Shown here in pieces: positions 62,479-64,000 of a stretch of 64,000 nucleotides of DNA (its first letter is position 1; each line of letters starts with the position of its first letter). Location of the stretch: the NCBI GenBank assembly GCA_039584815.1, contig JBDGXC010000006.1, positions 1,549-65,548 of the forward strand. Reading direction: 5' to 3'. A program made the translations under genes and the position numbers. Origin of the DNA: Gemmatimonadota bacterium. GTDB taxonomy: Bacteria > Gemmatimonadota > Gemmatimonadetes > Palauibacterales > Palauibacteraceae. Under the pieces are notes generated by a model. The model ran no database searches. It saw only the letters and a program-made list of their open reading frames with translations, and was not told the origin of the DNA.

Positions 62479-63088
62479 CGTGATTCGCTATCGACCCATC
62501 CTCGTTGCGCTCGGAGTCGTGTTTCTCGGCCTGGCTGGCTGTACCGACGACCCCGTACAGCCGGAATCCAAGCTGTTCGCCGTCAGTGGCTCGGTCTCGG
62601 GTCTCAGTGTGCCGGGTCTGTCCCTGCAGAACGATGGTGATTTTCTGACCATTACGACAAACGGCAGGTTCGAGTTCCCTACCCTTTTGGAGAATCGATC
62701 CAGCTACGACGTGCAGGTGTTTTCCCATCCGAATGGGAAGACGTGCGTGGTGGCGAACGGGAGCGGCACGATACTCGGAGGAGACGTGTCGAACATCCTC
62801 GTGACCTGTACCGACGACGCTTCTCAAACCACCTTCCTTGTGGGTGGAGACTGTGACTGCGACCTGACGGCGGATAATCCGCTCATCCTCAGCAACAACG
62901 GCAGCGATTTCCTCACGCTGAGCGGCGGTGGAGATTTCATCTTCGCCGAGCGGCTGCCTGACGGCGCCTCCTACGCGGTGGCCGTCGCCAGTCGGCCCAC
63001 GGGCCAGACGTGCTTTATCTTCGGAGGCAGTGGAAAGGTCTCGGGAGCGAACGTCACCGACGTAATGGTCAGCTGCCGGGATCTGTAG
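62479..63088 (+). CDS. Lipoprotein with two tandem about 70-aa repeats
   Basis: GTG 62479 with signal plus lipobox FLGLAGC. The repeats are LSLQNDGDFLTITTNGRFEFPTLLENRSSYDVQVFSHPNGKTCVVANGSG...VTC and LILSNNGSDFLTLSGGGDFIFAERLPDGASYAVAVASRPTGQTCFIFGGSG...VSC. Confidence 0.5.
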
Positions 63089-63190
63089 CCGTCGGCCGCA
63101 CTCGTTGTTCGCTCATGCAGGCTGTGGGCGTGAATGGTTGGAGGGGAATGCGGCCGATGCGATCCGGGCACTGGCCAGCAATTCCTATCG

Positions 63191-63235
63191 CGCGCCGTGC
63201 GAGCAAAGCGAAGCGCCCGGCGCGAACCGAGCGAG
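63191..63235 (+). repeat. Dispersed intergenic repeat, copy 5 (CGCGCCGTGCGAGCAAAGCGAAGCGCCCGGCGCGAACCGAGCGAG)
   Basis: The longest copy. It contains the inverted repeat CGCGCCG...CGGCGCG. Confidence 0.5.
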
Positions 63236-63412
63236 CCCCTACTACGCTTCCTGAGCCATCGGGAAGCCGGCATCCCGCCACGCGCCGACTCCTCCGTCCA
63301 GCACCTTGACGTTGGTCCAGCCTCGGTTCCTATACTCGGCCGCCCTACCGACGGCTGTGGCGTCGTGGAGTCAACCGCAGTAGAAGATCAATTCTCTGGC
63401 GGTGGACAGTAT

Positions 63413-63444
63413 AAGCGAAGCGCCCGGCGTGAACCGGGCGCTGG
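63413..63444 (+). repeat. Dispersed intergenic repeat, partial copy 6 (AAGCGAAGCGCCCGGCGTGAACCGGGCGCT)
   Basis: Shares the 3' half (AAGCGAAGCGCCCGGCG.GAACC) with copy 5. Forms a perfect 9-bp hairpin AGCGCCCGG-cgtgaa-CCGGGCGCT. Confidence 0.45.
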
Positions 63445-63477
63445 GTTGGCACTTACAGGTGATCCCCCGTCGTGGGG

Positions 63478-63708
63478 TCATGTTTCATGCTCTGGAATGC
63501 TGTACGCATTAAGGATTGTCGGCTTCGTCGTGATCCTTCCCTCAACGTACAGCGGCATCAATTCGTCTCTGTGGTCCTTCCTTTGGTAGTAGTGCACTGT
63601 ACCTGCGACGAGTGCATAGAGGCTTCCCATTACTGCGGCACACCCTCCACCCATGATCAGGATAAACTTACCCAGTAGTACCAGTGTTTCTACGGTTTCC
63701 GGTTCCAT
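63478..63708 (-). CDS. Hypothetical small membrane protein (76 aa) in low-GC patch
   Basis: MEPETVETLVLLGKFILIMGGGCAAVMGSLYALVAGTVHYYQRKDHRDEL... has two hydrophobic helices. GC is markedly lower than the flanks. Confidence 0.3.
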   Translation of the reverse strand: MEPETVETLVLLGKFILIMGGGCAAVMGSLYALVAGTVHYYQRKDHRDELMPLYVEGRITTKPTILNAYSIPEHET

Positions 63709-63780
63709 GTTGGGCTCGCCTCCGTCGCTTGTCGATACGTCCGGTCTTCTGCTTCATCAATAGTGCTCGGGTGCACCATT

Positions 63781-63820
63781 CCGCCGCCGTGCGAGCAGAG
63801 CAGGGCGCCCGGCGCGAAAC
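63781..63820 (+). repeat. Dispersed intergenic repeat, copy 7 (CCGCCGCCGTGCGAGCAGAGCAGGGCGCCCGGCGCGAAACC)
   Basis: Matches copies 1 and 5. A GTGCGAGC-containing hairpin (TGCGAGCttcttgGCTCGCA) follows at 63906-63925. Confidence 0.5.
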
Positions 63821-64000
63821 CAGACTCAAGCGGAAACGGGGAAGCCCTGGAAGACTCCCCCGCTCCGACGAGCCTTGCTCGGCTAGCTCCCAAAGGATAG
63901 CGGCACGGTGCGAGCTTCTTGGCTCGCAGCTCCATTGCCAGGACGTCGAGCAGTAGTGGCTCGCATCTCTACAATGCGTGCAAAACAAGCCGCGTCAACC

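Noticed and set aside
55183-63820. Repeat family considered as a CRISPR array or integron attC sites
   Set aside because: The spacing is irregular (180 bp to 4.9 kb) and the intervening DNA is genes rather than spacers. No cas genes are present. The repeats lack the attC R/L core (GTTRRRY), and the cassette genes are in mixed orientation.

Overview
This window is 64 kb of high-GC (about 68-70%) bacterial chromosomal DNA. It is densely coded on both strands, with roughly 60 protein genes, and many of the six-frame ORFs are Arg/Pro-rich antisense artefacts of the high GC content. I found no rRNA, no tRNA, no CRISPR array and no obvious transposase or integrase.

The dominant feature is a tightly packed, translationally coupled block of 11 genes on the + strand (14470-30639, about 16 kb). 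It has a canonical 3-subunit xanthine-dehydrogenase-family molybdenum hydroxylase (Moco, 2Fe-2S and FAD subunits). It also has an XdhD-like 2Fe-2S-Moco fusion, a YgfK-like protein with a 4Fe-4S dicluster, a cyclic amidohydrolase (hydantoinase/allantoinase-like) and an SsnA-like amidohydrolase. It ends with a TrpB-like PLP enzyme, a YgeY-like M20 peptidase, a YgeW-like carbamoyltransferase and a ThrC-like PLP enzyme. A CDA-fold (guanine/nucleoside) deaminase is divergently transcribed from it. The gene inventory resembles the enigmatic E. coli ygeW-xdhD anaerobic purine/urate catabolism cluster in a distant high-GC lineage, with its own variations.

Elsewhere the window carries an ECF sigma/anti-sigma pair, an orphan TadG-like gene, UspA, a sensor Ser/Thr kinase, ApbE, an ornithine carbamoyltransferase (OTC), fbaB, a DAHP synthase and an Mla/MCE-like ABC system with an MlaE-STAS fusion. 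It also has an AI-2E transporter, an NSS transporter, korAB, glnS, a DinB-like protein, an Omp85 protein, mtgA, a radical-SAM enzyme and an APC permease.

The last third of the window (about 45-64 kb) looks like a plasticity/decay zone. It holds several gene remnants (DUF481, MBL-fold, Omp85 paralog, rhodanese, MscS upstream). It also has reduced-GC islands including an FkbM methyltransferase, an unusual 1 kb gene-poor gap, and a dispersed family of 7 intergenic repeats with the core GCCGTGCGAGCAAAGCG.
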